The translations under genes and the position numbers were made by a program. 49,933 bases of DNA from Octopus sinensis (Eukaryota), in assembly GCF_006345805.1 (NCBI RefSeq), contig NW_021834395.1, forward strand, positions 1 to 49,933. Direction: 5' to 3'. The notes beneath the pieces were generated by a model that was not told the origin of the DNA, did not search any database, and saw only the letters and a program-made list of their open reading frames with translations. Shown here piece after piece: positions 1-12,637 of the stretch. How positions within the stretch are numbered: the stretch's first letter is position 1; the number at the start of each line of letters is the position of its first letter.

Positions 1-49
1 TCACTAGGGTTTGTAGGTCTGCAAGCTTCATGACAACATAGTGTAGATG

Positions 50-220
50 ACATGAAAAAGCAGCCAGTCTACACTATAAAGTGGTTGGCATTAGGAAGGG
101 TATCCAGTCATAGAAACTATCCCAAAATAGACACTGAAGTACGATGCAATCCTTGGACACATTGGATCCTATCAAATCATCCTACTTATGCCAGAATGGA
201 ACACGTTAAATGATGATGAT
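50..220 (+). mobile_element. SINE 3' portion with (TGA)n tail
   Basis: Core gtggttggcattaggaaggg(t/c)atccag recurs at 1630, 3620, 10080, 12490 and 19070; ends in tgatgatgat. Confidence 0.7.
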
Positions 221-231
221 ATATGTGTATA

Positions 232-1320
232 TATTGGATCATCCCATAAATAATGCAGTTTTTTATACTTCTTTTATTTTTCAAAACTAAGATTAAGTTC
301 TTTCTTAATCTAAAATATATTCTCCTTCATTTTTTTCTACAATGTTCTTTCCTCTCTTCCAAAATTCACTTGTTCGTGACAAAAACTCTCCTCCAGTATT
401 GATCTGACCTTGTCTACAGAATTCATATTTTTTCTGTCCAATTGATTTTGAAGACTGCGGAATAAATGATAATCAGATGGGGCAATGTCTGGTGAATATG
501 GTGGTTGGAGCATCATCTCTCATTCAAATTGCTCCAGCCTTTGGAATGTCATCCTCGTATGTGGCCGAGAATTATCCTGGAAAGAATACCTTTCATCTTG
601 AAACCAAAGATGGTCATTTTTCTTCTAGCACTGACTTAAGCTGCCCGTAGTAGATCTCCTTTGTTAACGTTTGGTTTGGGTTTAAAAGTTCAAAGTGGAC
701 AAAACCCTTCATATCCCACCAAACAGATAACATTTTATGTGGGTGAAGACCTTCTTTATCTTTGAGTGCTGGTGTTTCTCCTTTCCATACCCACTGTCTT
801 TGGTGCTTTATAGAGAACGCATTTCTCATCAGTGTTCGGTCCAAAACAGGTTCATTTGTGAGACGTGACAGCAAAGAACAACACACATTCGCTCTCTGTG
901 TGTGATTACACTTGGAAAATTTTGAGGAACACATCAACCCAATTTGTTGACTTTTCTAATGGCACACAGGTGTTGATGAGTGGTTGAATGATCAAATTCA
1001 AGCTTCTCTGCTAGTTCCCCAACAGTTACGATGGGATTTTGTTTCACCAAGGTTTGCAGGACGTCCTTGTTGAACGCTACAGATCTTCCAGAAAGAGGCT
1101 TGTCTTCTAGATTGTAGTTTCCGGCTTGGAATTTCTGGAAGCACTGTTGGCACTGGCATACACTTGTCTGATCCCCATATACTGCATTAATATTCCTTGA
1201 ATTGTTGCCTTTATTGAATTCTCAAAGCAAATTATGCCAAATATGCTCCTTTGTCACTTCCATTATAACTTTGAAAAAATAACTGTTAAAATTGAACTGC
1301 ACTCTTCAAAACTTGCACTA
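232..1320 (-). mobile_element. Decayed mariner (DD34D-type) DNA transposon with pseudogenised transposase
   Basis: Minus strand gives MEVTKEHI.. from 1263, MLSVWWDMKGFVHFELLNPNQT (ORF 614..937) and YSPDIAPSDYHLFRSLQ (~500-440). Stops and frameshifts throughout. TIR-like tattggatcatcccataaataatgcagttttt at ~232-263; opposite TIR not seen. Confidence 0.9.
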
Positions 1321-1351
1321 GGAATAAAGACTTGGTAAAATTACTTGAACC

Positions 1352-1772
1352 TTGGGCCTGACAGGCAAAGTGGCCGAGTTCCTTTTGAGCATTGGGCCTC
1401 ATGGAGGCAAAAATGGCAGAGTTCCTTTTGAGTGTTTGGCCTCACAGAGGCGAGATGGCTGAGTTCCTTTCAAGCGTTGGGCCTCATGGAGGCAATGATC
1501 AAGACCTTTGGCATTATGTCATGATTGAGAAGACCCATCAAGCCGAGCAAAATTGTAGTCATAACAGATACCCGTGTCACACAAATGGCATCCGTGCCAG
1601 TGGCATGTAACAGCATCCATTACACTCTCAGAGTGGTTGGCATTAGGAAGGGCATCTAGCCATAGAAAACCATGCCAAATCAGACTGGAGCCTGGCGCAG
1701 CTTTCCAGCATGCCAACCCAGTCAAGCCATTCCAACCCATGCCAGCATGAACAACGGATGATGATGTGAGGT
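1352..1772 (+). mobile_element. SINE-like repeat with three ~42-bp internal tandem subrepeats
   Basis: tggc.gagttcctt..gagc.ttgggcctca.ggaggc starts at 1371, 1414 and 1456, followed by the shared SINE core and gatgatgatg tail. Confidence 0.7.
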
Positions 1773-2234
1773 AACACCATAACCCAAGAGATGGTTCATG
1801 GAGTAACATGATGAACTGAAAAGTCCGATCATGTGTTTGGAGAGTCTTTGAATGTTACTCTAGACAACTGATTTTTCATGAGAGTTGTCTGGCACTCTGT
1901 TTCATCTGTATATAATTATGTAGCAGTTTGTATACAATACAATAGATGAGGCTAATGGAGATGCTGAAGTACTTGATCACATGGAATTAGGCTTTAGGGT
2001 GATTAACCATAGTGGAGTTGGAGGCAAGAGCATTTGATCATGATGCAAATGGAAATATCTACTGAGAAAAAAAATTGCCTATGGCAGATGAAGTCTGAGG
2101 AAATAGGGAAAAGCAGTGAGCTAAGCTCTCAAAATGTCGAGCCTACCAATAAAAAAGTAGGATAAACACCATCAACAATTTCTATAAGCATGTTAGCATA
2201 ATAAAAATGGATATCCAAATGATGATAATGTTGA

Positions 2235-2395
2235 TTACCATGGCTGTGTGGTTAAGAAATTTGCTTCACAGCCTCATAGTTTCAGGCTCACTATCATAGT
2301 GCAAAATCTTAAGCGTGTAAATGTCACTGTAATTTTGGATTGATCTATATCTTGTGAGCAGAAACTAGTGAGATGTATGCATGTGCATCTGCATT
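2235..2395 (+). mobile_element. Degenerate tRNA-derived SINE 5' portion
   Basis: ggctgtgtggttaagaaatttgcttc.. head, then diverged body related to 3420 and 16845. Confidence 0.5.
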
Positions 2396-2527
2396 CAAAC
2401 CATGCCACCATGGGAATTGCCTGTTAATATGATGACTGATATTTCATACTGAAAACTTAATACTTTTTCATTAGTTCTTGTTTTAGACAAACAATAATTA
2501 AAAAACAAATATATAAAAAAAGAACAT

Positions 2528-2533
2528 TTTATT
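2528..2533 (-). promoter_or_regulatory. Polyadenylation signal of SEM1
   Basis: AATAAA on the minus strand about 38 nt after the TAA stop at 2571-2573. Confidence 0.6.
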
Positions 2534-2570
2534 TTCAATTGATGAAGAGTAATGTTAAACATAAAGCAAA

Positions 2571-2628
2571 TTAAGTTTTCATTGGTTCAGGAATTTCTAG
2601 AGATTTTCCTTGTAGTTCTAGTTGAGCC
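2571..2628 (-). CDS. SEM1: SEM1/DSS1 (26S proteasome lid / TREX-2 / BRCA2 partner) coding exon 3
   Basis: Acceptor ttttttgtttttcttttag. Phase-2 continuation (R)AQLELQGKSLEIPEPMKT* joins exon 2 to give QLRAQLE, matching the SEM1 C-terminal helix. Confidence 0.93.
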
Positions 2629-3419
2629 CTAAAAGAAAAACAAAAAATGTAAATATAAGTTAAAAAGAAAAGAGAAGCTCTATTGTGAAGATATCATTTC
2701 AAGTCACTAAGCATTAATTTTTTGCAGTACAAATGCATGGAATAATTAAATGCTAAATCTAATTTAACTGCAATAGACATGTATTCAAAACCTAAGAGTT
2801 TACAACATTTTTAATGTCTGAACCAGAACTGATTGTTGTAGAGATTATTCATTAATTATCCAATGAAGGTGAAACAGGACTTATGCTTTAAATTGTAAGG
2901 ACAACCTCTCAACACTGTTTTCATCTAATGTATGTAGACTGAATCATTCTGGTATGTCAAATTAACAGAGATGTTTCACATAGCATTCTAAGTTAAAGAA
3001 ACATTAATTATAAAATTGACATAGTGTTCTTGACCACCTGAAGGCTCAGTGTCTTGCCTTGTGCACAGAACATGAATTACTATTGAAAGTAGTGTAAGTT
3101 ATGAACACAATGTTCATAGGACAGACCACAGTTACAAATAGAGGACATGAAGTACTGCAACTCATATAGCAATATTGTACCTCACACTCCGTAGTTACTT
3201 AGGTTTTAACTACATGTTGTCCAAGACTCACAATCTGATCTTTTCTGGTGACTCCACACACAAAACAATAACTAAAACTATATCCTGAAGCCTTTCTCTG
3301 TAGCAACAGGAAATACCTTAGCTTTAAATCTGTTACTGACTTTCTACCAAGTTCATATAAAACTCACAATGAAGTACTAGAATCAATTCAAATTCTCCAC
3401 TAATTAACTCATGCCTTCT

Positions 3420-3692
3420 GCTATGCAGCCCGGGTCAACCAAAGCCTTGTGAACAAATTTAGTAGACAGAAATTGAAAAGTGTCATCATGTGTGTGTGTG
3501 TCCGTGTCCTTGTTTTGATGTTGTGCGATCATTGTAAACGAATGTCATTCACTTCTAATATTCTATGAAAACATGTCTGGGCATGGAGAAATATTACTTT
3601 GCTTGGAAACAAGTAAGGGTTGGTGACAGGAAGGGCATCCAGCCATAGAAAATCTGCCAGCATGGAAAAGTGGACCTTAAAATAATGATGAT
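3420..3692 (+). mobile_element. SINE (body plus 3' core)
   Basis: gggtcaaccaaagccttgtga..gtagacagaaattgaaa, (tg)n, then ggttggtgacaggaagggcatccagccatagaaa and atgatgat tail. Confidence 0.7.
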
Positions 3693-4541
3693 CAAAATCC
3701 AAAAAGTTATGGGAAATACCATATAAATATTCAAAATTTTGGACTACTCTGTGAATTTGTATTTTTACACTTTAAATGATGAAGATAAGACAGCCAACCA
3801 AGTAGAAGCAGCAATTTGAAGGTTCTGCAACAAATTAGAGAATTATCTAACAATGTGAAAGTTTATCAATACACTCATAAAATTCAAAAAGTTTAAAATA
3901 CTTATTTAGAGTCACTCTTGAATGGCCAGCTTCCAAAACATATTGTATCACTGATGATCAAATTCTCAGGATATTTGGAAAATTTGCTCAGAGGATTTCT
4001 AAATATCTTTATGATATTTCCCAACTTGAAATAAGCATTTTTGGTTTTTGTTTTTACTTTTATTGCATTTTGCATAAATTTCAAAATTTCATTAGAGTAA
4101 ATTGAGGTGCTGACTTAATTTTATTTGAGGCAGTGATTTGGTTAGCAATGAATTAACAGCATTTAGTTTTCCTTATTTGAGTATTATTCCCATATTTGGT
4201 GCTGCAGCTACACATGTAAACATTATAGACTGCATCCAAAAGGTAATATCCAGTTAGCTTTTAATACCTACCTATCTCACTGTCTATGTATGTATATATA
4301 TATAACATGTCACAACTATTTTATAATTTCCTAATTCACTGCAATGAAATGAATTCTAGTGAGATTATGCTAACTGAATTTATAAAATATCATTAAGTTT
4401 CTGTATTACATGCAAAACAACTTTAAAATTATTTACTTTTCATTAGTTTGATATTTTGTAATGTTCATCAACACTAAAACTGAACAACCAAATACTTGTT
4501 ATTCATTAAAAATTGGCATCATCCAAATTATATTTACTTAC

Positions 4542-4638
4542 CGAAGCTGTTTCGAAAAATCATCTTCTATATTATCATCATCCCAATTATCTTCCCACAC
4601 ATTTATGTCATTTTTTTCCTCTTCAGCTCCATTCCAGT
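4542..4638 (-). CDS. SEM1: SEM1/DSS1 coding exon 2 (97 nt)
   Basis: ttttatag|..|gtaagt; translates (D)[31 protein letters not shown](R), the diagnostic [16 protein letters not shown] motif. Confidence 0.97.
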
Positions 4639-5068
4639 CTATAAAACACACATTAAAAGATTTTTTTAAAAATTTGTTTAGTTTTAGTTCTGACATAGGC
4701 ATGTAATGTCACTCATTAGACAAAATAATTTTCTGAAATAAAGATGAGAATAAGATATCATACAAATGCAAAAGCTGTAGCTTTAGAAAATAGGGCACTG
4801 AGCAAAGAAAAATATTTGGTAGATATTAGGAATTCAAACTCCATGATAAGAGTGAAAGCTATTGGAAAACTAAAAGTTTCTAAGTGAAGGTAGCATTTTC
4901 TTTTTTTCTTTCAATGATATGCTATAAAGGGTAAAATGAAAAATTAATGTTTCCTTTGTTTTCTGCACATAAGCTGGAGGTGCTTCTCTTTGATTCTTTG
5001 TCCTGCCAGAAATAACAGATAAATCACCCTCAAAGTACACACCCAGCTTCTTCAAAAAGCAAGGACAC

Positions 5069-7709
5069 ATATTTGGCAGATATCGATTCAACCGTCTCCC
5101 ATTTGGATTGAAGGAGAGCCAAGATGTTTTCCAGCGCCAAATAGATGAGACCTACCAAGGCTGCACGGGATCAATTGGGATAGCAGATTTCATCCAAATG
5201 CATGGCAAGGATGAGACCACACATGATTTCAATTTACATGAAGCTATGGAGAAAACCCAACAAGCAGGTATCAAACTCAATGCAGACAAGTGTGTGATAA
5301 AAGCAAAGGAGTGCAAATTCTTTGGAATTATATACTCTGCAGAGGGAGTTAAACCAGACCCTGCTAAAGTGGAAGCCATCAGAGACATCAAAGAACCCAA
5401 AGACAAGAAGGAACTCAGGAGGTTCCTGGGACTCATCCACTACATGGGAGCCTTCATACCCAAGCTGGCCGACCACACTGCAAATCTCCGAGAGCTAAAC
5501 AAAGATGACATAGAGTTTGATTGGTGTGCTTCACACACACAGGATTTCAAAGCAATCAAAAAGCTCATCAGTAAGGAGACAACTCTGCAATACTATGACA
5601 GACGCAAACCAGTAACACTCCAAGTCGATGCTTCTATGAGAGGAGTTGGCGCAGCACTGATACAGGAAGGTAAACCCATTGCATATGCCTCAAAAGCTCT
5701 CTCACCCACAGAGACAAGGTACGCAAATATTGGAAGGGAACTCCTTGCAGTAGTATATGGATGTGAAAAGTTCCATACATACCTGTATGGCAGACATTTC
5801 AATATTGAAACAGACCATCGCCCGCTAGAACAAATACATAGAAAAAACCTCACGAAAGCACTAGCCAGACTGCAAAGATTACTGTTAAGGCTTCGAACAT
5901 ATGACTACGATATCAGGTACAAGCCAGGAAAAGACCTGATATTGGCGGATGCTCTTTCCAGACTATCCTCACATGATAAACAGGAGATGGAAGAACTAAG
6001 CATAAAGGTCCACCACATTGTAAATGTAACAACCACAAAGCTAGCAGAACTCAAAGAGGAGACCAGCAAAGATGAAGAACTCCAGCTCCTTACTCAGATG
6101 GTGATTCAGGGGTGGCCAGAAAAGAGACATCAGGTGCAGCCCCTCATTCGTGAATATTGGGCCATCCATGATGATATATCAGTGGAGAATGGAATCCTGA
6201 TGGCTGGATCCCGAATAATTATACCCAAGTCAATGCAAAAAGAGATTCTTGACAAGATCCACCAAGGGCATCTAGGAATGGAGAAATGCAAGCTCCGGGC
6301 CAAGTCAGCAGTATATTGGGTAGACATGTACAAAGACATAGAAAAGACAGTTTCTACATGCCACATCTGTCAAAAGTACAGAAACTCACAACAAAAGGAG
6401 GAAATGATATCTAGTGACATCCCAAGAAGGCCATGGCAAACTATTGGAGTAGATCTGTTCACAGAGAGCCAAGAATGGTATTTGATAATGGTCTGCTACT
6501 ACTCCAAATTTCCATTTGTGACAAAAGTGAAAGACCTGAGAGCCAAAACAATCACTACAGTGGCTCGAGGACTTCTAGCAGAGCAAGGAATATCAGAGCA
6601 GATCATATGTGACAATAGAACCCAGTTCACATCACAAGAATTCAAAAAGCTAGCTGATGAGTATGGGTTCAATATTACAACCTCATCTCCACACTACCCC
6701 AAAGGTCATGGGTTTATAGAAAGACAGGTGCAGACAGTGAAGAGAACACTAGTCAAATGCCGAGAGACTAAGGAAGACCACATCTGGCACTTCTGTCCCT
6801 ACGAGCAACACCACTGAGAGCTAATATGAAATCCCCAGCAGAATTGCTGAATGGCAGGAAGTACAAAACTACTCTGCCAACTAAGATCCAACCTCCTATT
6901 GACCAGGAATAGACAAGGGCAAAGCTAGCAGCCACTCAAGAACAATCACAGAAATATTACAACAAACATGCACAATACTTACCTGAGATACTTGGAGGAC
7001 AACATGTGCATACTCAAGATCCCATAACTAAAACATGGATCCCAGCACAAGTTGTCAGTAGAGCTGAAAATCCAAGATCGTATATAATAGAAACGGAATC
7101 TGGTAGGCAGCTGAGACGCAACAGGGCCCACATCCGCCCAACACCAAAGCTGTCGAGGACAACGTGTACAACACCTGCTGCATCAGTGACAACACCCACA
7201 GAATCATCACCCCAACGGGCACCAACCACTCACCTCAGACACCGGTGCGAAGCACAAGATCCACCAAATGGAGAAAGAACATTCTGCCACCGGTTCGATA
7301 CCGTTAAAGAAAAAAAAAAAGAAAATGAAAAGATAAGTAACTAATTCTGCAGAGGCAGAATAATCTCACGGTTTCTGCTGCAGAATTGCCACCTCGCGCT
7401 GACAATCCATTAGAGTAAGGGAGACTACTTATATTTGTCTTCACTGCCAAAAGACCCCTTTATTTTTTTTCAAGAAGGGATGTTACATATTCATATCTAT
7501 GTGTATACGTAGGTATACGTATGTAGAATACATCCCCACTTTTGGCACTATTTTGTTAGTAACAGTACGAACTGTGTCTAAAGTATATATGTATCACTAC
7601 GCTGAATATGGACAGTTCGTGTAACATATTAAGCAAATAAACACGTGAAACGATAACAATGCCTTCATTTGAGTTGTCTATCACCCATTAGAACGAAACG
7701 ACACATAAC
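5069..7709 (+). mobile_element. 5'-truncated Ty3/gypsy LTR retrotransposon (RT-RNaseH-integrase, PPT, 3' LTR) in SEM1 intron 1, antisense to the host
   Basis: GRYRFNRLPFG at the 5' break. ORF 5108..6817 has a degenerate RT motif (IADF), RNaseH VDAS/TDH and integrase HHCC plus D,D,E region. Frameshift near 6778 continues as LRATP..SPAELLNGR. Confidence 0.93.
7481..7709 (+). repeat. Probable 3' LTR of the truncated gypsy element
   Basis: Begins TGTTAC directly after purine run aagaaggga (PPT); contains AATAAA; ends ..cataac at the TA run. No partner LTR is present. Confidence 0.65.
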
Positions 7710-8559
7710 TATATATATATATATATATAAATTACAAAATACAAAGATCTTGAGATCGCTAGTGACAACAACACTCAAAATATATAACAGACTGGAATTG
7801 TAGTGCTCAAATGGATGTTGTCTCAGTTTTAGACGCAGCAAATGATTTTAGCTCAATAGAGGCAATCGATTGGTTAAAATTCGAAAAATTAAACTACGTT
7901 AAACTTACAAATTACAATTTTCTCAAGAAAGCCAAGAGAAAAAAATGTTTTATTTTGACCCATTCTACCAGTATACGAAGTTTAAAAGTGTTTAGTTGAC
8001 TAGAAATTGTGTTGAAAACTGCCGTTCAAAGGGAAAAGATCCCAAATTTTTTTAGAATCGTAATCTTCGTATTTTTCTACGTATTTTGCAAAAAAAAAAA
8101 AAAATCCTGGAAAAAGTGAAGGGGGAAAAGGGATTGAAATTCTGAAAATGCGATTTTTGAAAAGATTTCTTTTTTTCAGAATCGGATCCTCCATAACCAA
8201 AAACGTGGGATTTCGTAAAAAAATAAATCAATATATATCCATATTACCTAAAGTTATGACGGAAAAATCGGATCTTTTGAATTTTTAGAAAGTCCCCCAC
8301 CACCACCACCACCAGCGTCGTCAGCACGCATTTTTTTTTTTTTTTCATATTCGTTTTCCACACACTTGTTTGTACTCACCAGGCTGGTTTATTATTTTTT
8401 TGTTCCCAGGCGAACGTCTTTATATTGATCCACTACAAAATATTATTTCGGAAATACGATCAACACATTTTTACGTGTAATATACAAAAGGAAAACTGTC
8501 TGAAACTTTTTCGGTTAAACTAAAGCGTAATACCATTCAAAAAAACAAAAAAAATGTGT

Positions 8560-9240
8560 GTAATAGGTGTAAAACAACTTCCTCTGAACGAATATGAAAA
8601 AAAAAATGCGCGCACGCGAAAGGGGAGTGGGGGAGAGGCCTCGGAAAATTCACATCGGGAATTTCCGAAAGCGTCTGACCCGGGCACAAAAACAAAAACA
8701 GCGTAATAGGTGTAAAACAACTTGGGTTAATATAGGGCGTTACGATTATCAGAAAATCAAAAAAAAATGTGTGTAATAGGTGTAAAACAACTTCCTATGA
8801 ACGAATATGAAAAAAAAAATTCGCGCACGCGAAAGGGGGGTGGGGGAGAGGCCTCGGAAAATTCACATCGGGAAGTTCCGAAAGCGTCTGAGGAGCTGAC
8901 CCGGGCACCAAAACAAAAAAAAAATAGTGTAATATGTGTAAAACAACTTGCTCTAAACGAATATGACAAAAAAAATGCGCTCTCGCGAAAGAGGGGTGGG
9001 GGAGAGGCCTCGGAAAATTTATATCGGGAATTTCCGAAAGCGTCTGAACCGGGCACAAAAACAAAAACAGCGTAATAGGTGTAAAACAACTTGCTCTAAA
9101 TGACTATGATGAAAAAAATGCGCTCTCGCGGAAGGAGGGTGGGGGAGAGGCTTCGGAAATTTCACATCTTCAGTCCACGGCCTTTAAACTAAGAAAAAAT
9201 AGTGTAATTGGTGTAAAACTACTTGTTCTAAACGATTATC
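8560..9240. repeat. Tandem ~130-155-bp modular subrepeats (gtaataggtgtaaaacaac...gggggagaggcctcggaaa...)
   Basis: Unit starts at 8560, 8703, 8773, 8929, 9072 and 9204. Inverted copies at 9335-9420 and 11270-11720. Confidence 0.85.
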
Positions 9241-11753
9241 AAGAACTCACACATGAATCATAAACTCCGTATTTTTGTACATATTTCGCAAAAAAAAAAA
9301 AAATAAAGAGAAGAAATTCTGTTAAAAGTGAAGAAATTTTTTTTTCATATTCGTTCAGAGGAAGATGTTTTACACCTATTACACACATTTTTTTTTTGTT
9401 TTTATGAATGGTGTAACGTTGTATCATGTTTTCCCTTTGTACTGCAAAATATTTGCTAGTTATCATTATCAAATTTGGGTACTTGTCTATTGTCGTGGTC
9501 CCGGTTTCGCACACGCGAATTCGCGCGCCAGACGTAGGTACTCGATACTCGAGATCCTACGAGGTGACTTGCGCATGCGCAGTGCAGAATTCGCGCATGC
9601 GCGTTACCTCCCCCTAAAAAAAAAAGGTGTTGGATTTCACTAAAAATATATGTGTGTGTGTATATATAACATTTTCAATTTTACACAAAAAGATTACATA
9701 GTCGCTTTCCTCGCGGATTTACAGATAAATGAATTAATTACTATTTTACAGAATAAAATTAATGGATTAATTATATAAATTAAATAATTCTTGAAAATTA
9801 ATTAATATTAATAATATTTTTTGAACAAAGTAAATAATTTATAAAACTTGGTTAATAATTTTTTTTACACAAACGCGAACGTATATAATTTGTGAAACTT
9901 TTTTTTTTTTTACAGACGTATATAATTTGGTAAACTTAATGAATTAATTTCTTCTCATCATCATCATCGTTTAACGTCCGTTCTCCATGCCAGCATGGGT
10001 TGGACGGTTCGACCGGGGATCTGGGAAGCCAGAAGGCTGCACCAGACTCCAGTCTTATCTGGCAATGTTTCTACAGCTGGATGCCCTTCCTAACGCCAAC
10101 CACTCCGAGAGTGTAGTGGGTGCTTTTTACATGCCACCCGCACAGGTGCCAGTCGAGGCGGCTCTGGCATCGGCCACGATTCGGATAGTGCTTTTTACGT
10201 ACCACCAGTCCAGGGGTCCTGGCATTTGCCGGGTGCCACACTTGCCCCAACATGTCTTCGCAAGCAAAGGGGGTTGGCGTGGGTGCCTGTCGTGGGATGA
10301 GGTTCGATATCAACTTCGCTTGCCTCAACAGGTCTTTGTGTATAAATGTATAAATTTTTCGCACTAAATTCTTTCCGTAGAATTTATCAAAAAACGCGCA
10401 AAATTATTCCGTAGAATTTATCAAATTAAAAAACGCAAAATTAATATATTTTTTGAAATTGCAAATTATTTAGAATATAAAACAAATGAAGTTAAATTTT
10501 AAAAATAAATGTCATATACTTATACTCTGTAAGGTGCTGTGTTCACACTTCAATTTACTATTTTCTAAAAATGTTGCTTTTCTAATTGAAACAATTTTTC
10601 TCAATCTCCATTTAAAAGTCCATAATGCCTCTTGAGCCATATCAAAATGAACAACTTTGAATTACGCGGCGGCGGTGGTGGTGGTGGTGTGAGGTTCTAA
10701 TTTTTTTTCTGATCTCTCTTTGCCCCCCCTAGATGGAGGTGTGGTGGGGAGACAGATGAAAGATGTTTCATTCTCTTATATATATATATATATATATATA
10801 TATTTCTTAAACCTACACGATATAGTCTATAAATTTGGGATGTTTTTGAAAGATAATATATTTTGTCATCAGAATATATATACTTTCTCACACTACAATT
10901 AAGATATATTTATTTTAAATCGTTCATCTTTTCCCGCGACAACAAAAATTGGGCGCGAAAATTTTTCTAAATATTAGCGGAATGAACAACCGAGATAAAG
11001 AGGGGGCAAAGAGAGATCAGAAAAAAAAATTAGAACCTCACACCACCGCCGCGTAATTCAAAGTTGTTCATTTTGATATGGCTCAAGAGGCATTATGAAC
11101 TTTTAAATGGAGATTGAGAAAAATTGTTTACTATTTTCTAGAAATGTTGCTTTTCTAATTGAAACAATTTCTTCTCTTTATTTTTTTTTTTTTTGCGAAA
11201 TACGGAGTTTATGATTCATGTGTGAGTGTGTGTTCTTGATACTCGTTTAGAACAAGTAGTTTTACACCAATTACACTATTTTTTCTTAGTTTAAAGGCCG
11301 TGGACTGAAGATGTGAAATTTCCGAAGCCTCTCCCCCACCCCCCTTTCGCGAGCGCGCATTTTTTTCATGATAGTCGTTTAGAGCAAGTTGTTTTACACC
11401 TATTACGCTGTTTTTGTTTTTGTGCCCGGTTCAGACGCTTTCGGAAATTCCCGATATAAATATTCCGAGGCCTCTCCCCCACCCCTCTTTCGCGAGAGCG
11501 CATTTTTTTTTGTCATATTCGTTTAGAGCAAGTTGTTTTACACATATTACACTATTTTTTTTTTGTTTTGGTGCCCGGGTCAGCTCCTCAGACGCTTTCG
11601 GAACTTCCCGATGTGAATTTTCCGAGGCCTCTCCCCCACCCCTTTCGCGTGCGCGAATTTTTTTTTTCATATTCGTTCATAGGAAGTTGTTTTACACCTA
11701 TTACACACATTTTTTTTTTGATTTTCTGATATTTGTTACGCCCTATATTAACC
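8725..11753. repeat. Inverted repeat pair A/A' (8725-9318 vs 11166-11753)
   Basis: ggttaatatagggcg...aagaaatt is the reverse complement of aatttctt...cgccctatattaacc. Confidence 0.9.
9956..10345 (-). mobile_element. SINE inside foldback arm B
   Basis: Shared SINE core and (cat)n reversed tail. Confidence 0.75.
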
Positions 11754-11754
11754 G

Positions 11755-11791
<37 letters not shown>

Positions 11792-12219
11792 AGAATGAAA
11801 CATCTTTCATCTGTCTCCCCACCACACCTCCATCTAGGGGAGCAAAGAGAGATCAGAAAAAAAATTAGAACCTCACACCACCACCGCCGCCGCGTAATTC
11901 AAAGTTGTTCATTTTGATATGGCTCAAGAGGCATTATGGACTTTTAAATGGAGATTGAGAAAAATTGTTTCAATTAGAAAAGCAACATTTCTAGAAAATA
12001 GTAAATTGAAGTGTGAACACAGCACCTTACAGAGTATAAGTATATGACATTTATTTTTAAAATTTAACTTCATTTGTTTTATATTCTAAATAATTTGCAA
12101 TTTCAAAAAATATATTAATTTTGCGTTTTTTAATTTGATAAATTCTACGGAATAATTTTGCGCGTTTTTTGATAAATTCTACGGAAAGAATTTAGTGCGA
12201 AAAATTTATACATTTATAC

Positions 12220-12637
12220 ACAAAGACCTGTTGAGGCAAGCGAAGTTGATATCGAACCTCATCCCACGACAGGCACCCACGCCAACCCCCTTTGCTTGCG
12301 AAGACATGTTGGGGCAAGTGTGGCACCCGGCAAATGCCAGGACCCCTGGACTGGTGGTACGTAAAAAGCACTATCCGAATCGTGGCCGATGCCAGAGCCG
12401 CCTCGACTGGCACCAATCCGACCGTGGCCGTTGCCAGCCTCTCCTGGTACCTGTGCGGGTGGCATGTAAAAAGCACCCACTACACTCTCGGAGTGGTTGG
12501 CGTTAGGAAGGGCATCCAGCTGTAGAAACATTGCCAGATAAGACTGGAGTCTGGTGCAGCCTTCTGGCTTCCCAGATCCCCGGTCGAACCGTCCAACCCA
12601 TGCTGGCATGGAGAACGGACGTTAAACGATGATGATG
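12220..12637 (+). mobile_element. SINE inside foldback arm B' (mirror of 9956-10345)
   Basis: Reverse complement of the arm-B SINE with an extra 37 bp at 12415-12451. Confidence 0.75.

Noticed and set aside
8722-8732. GGG-TTAA resembling a piggyBac end
   Set aside because: No convincing partner TTAA-CCC end; a short AT-rich motif.
8560-9240. Regularly spaced repeats resembling a CRISPR array
   Set aside because: The intervening sequence is itself repeated, units are ~140 bp, the context is eukaryotic and there are no cas genes.
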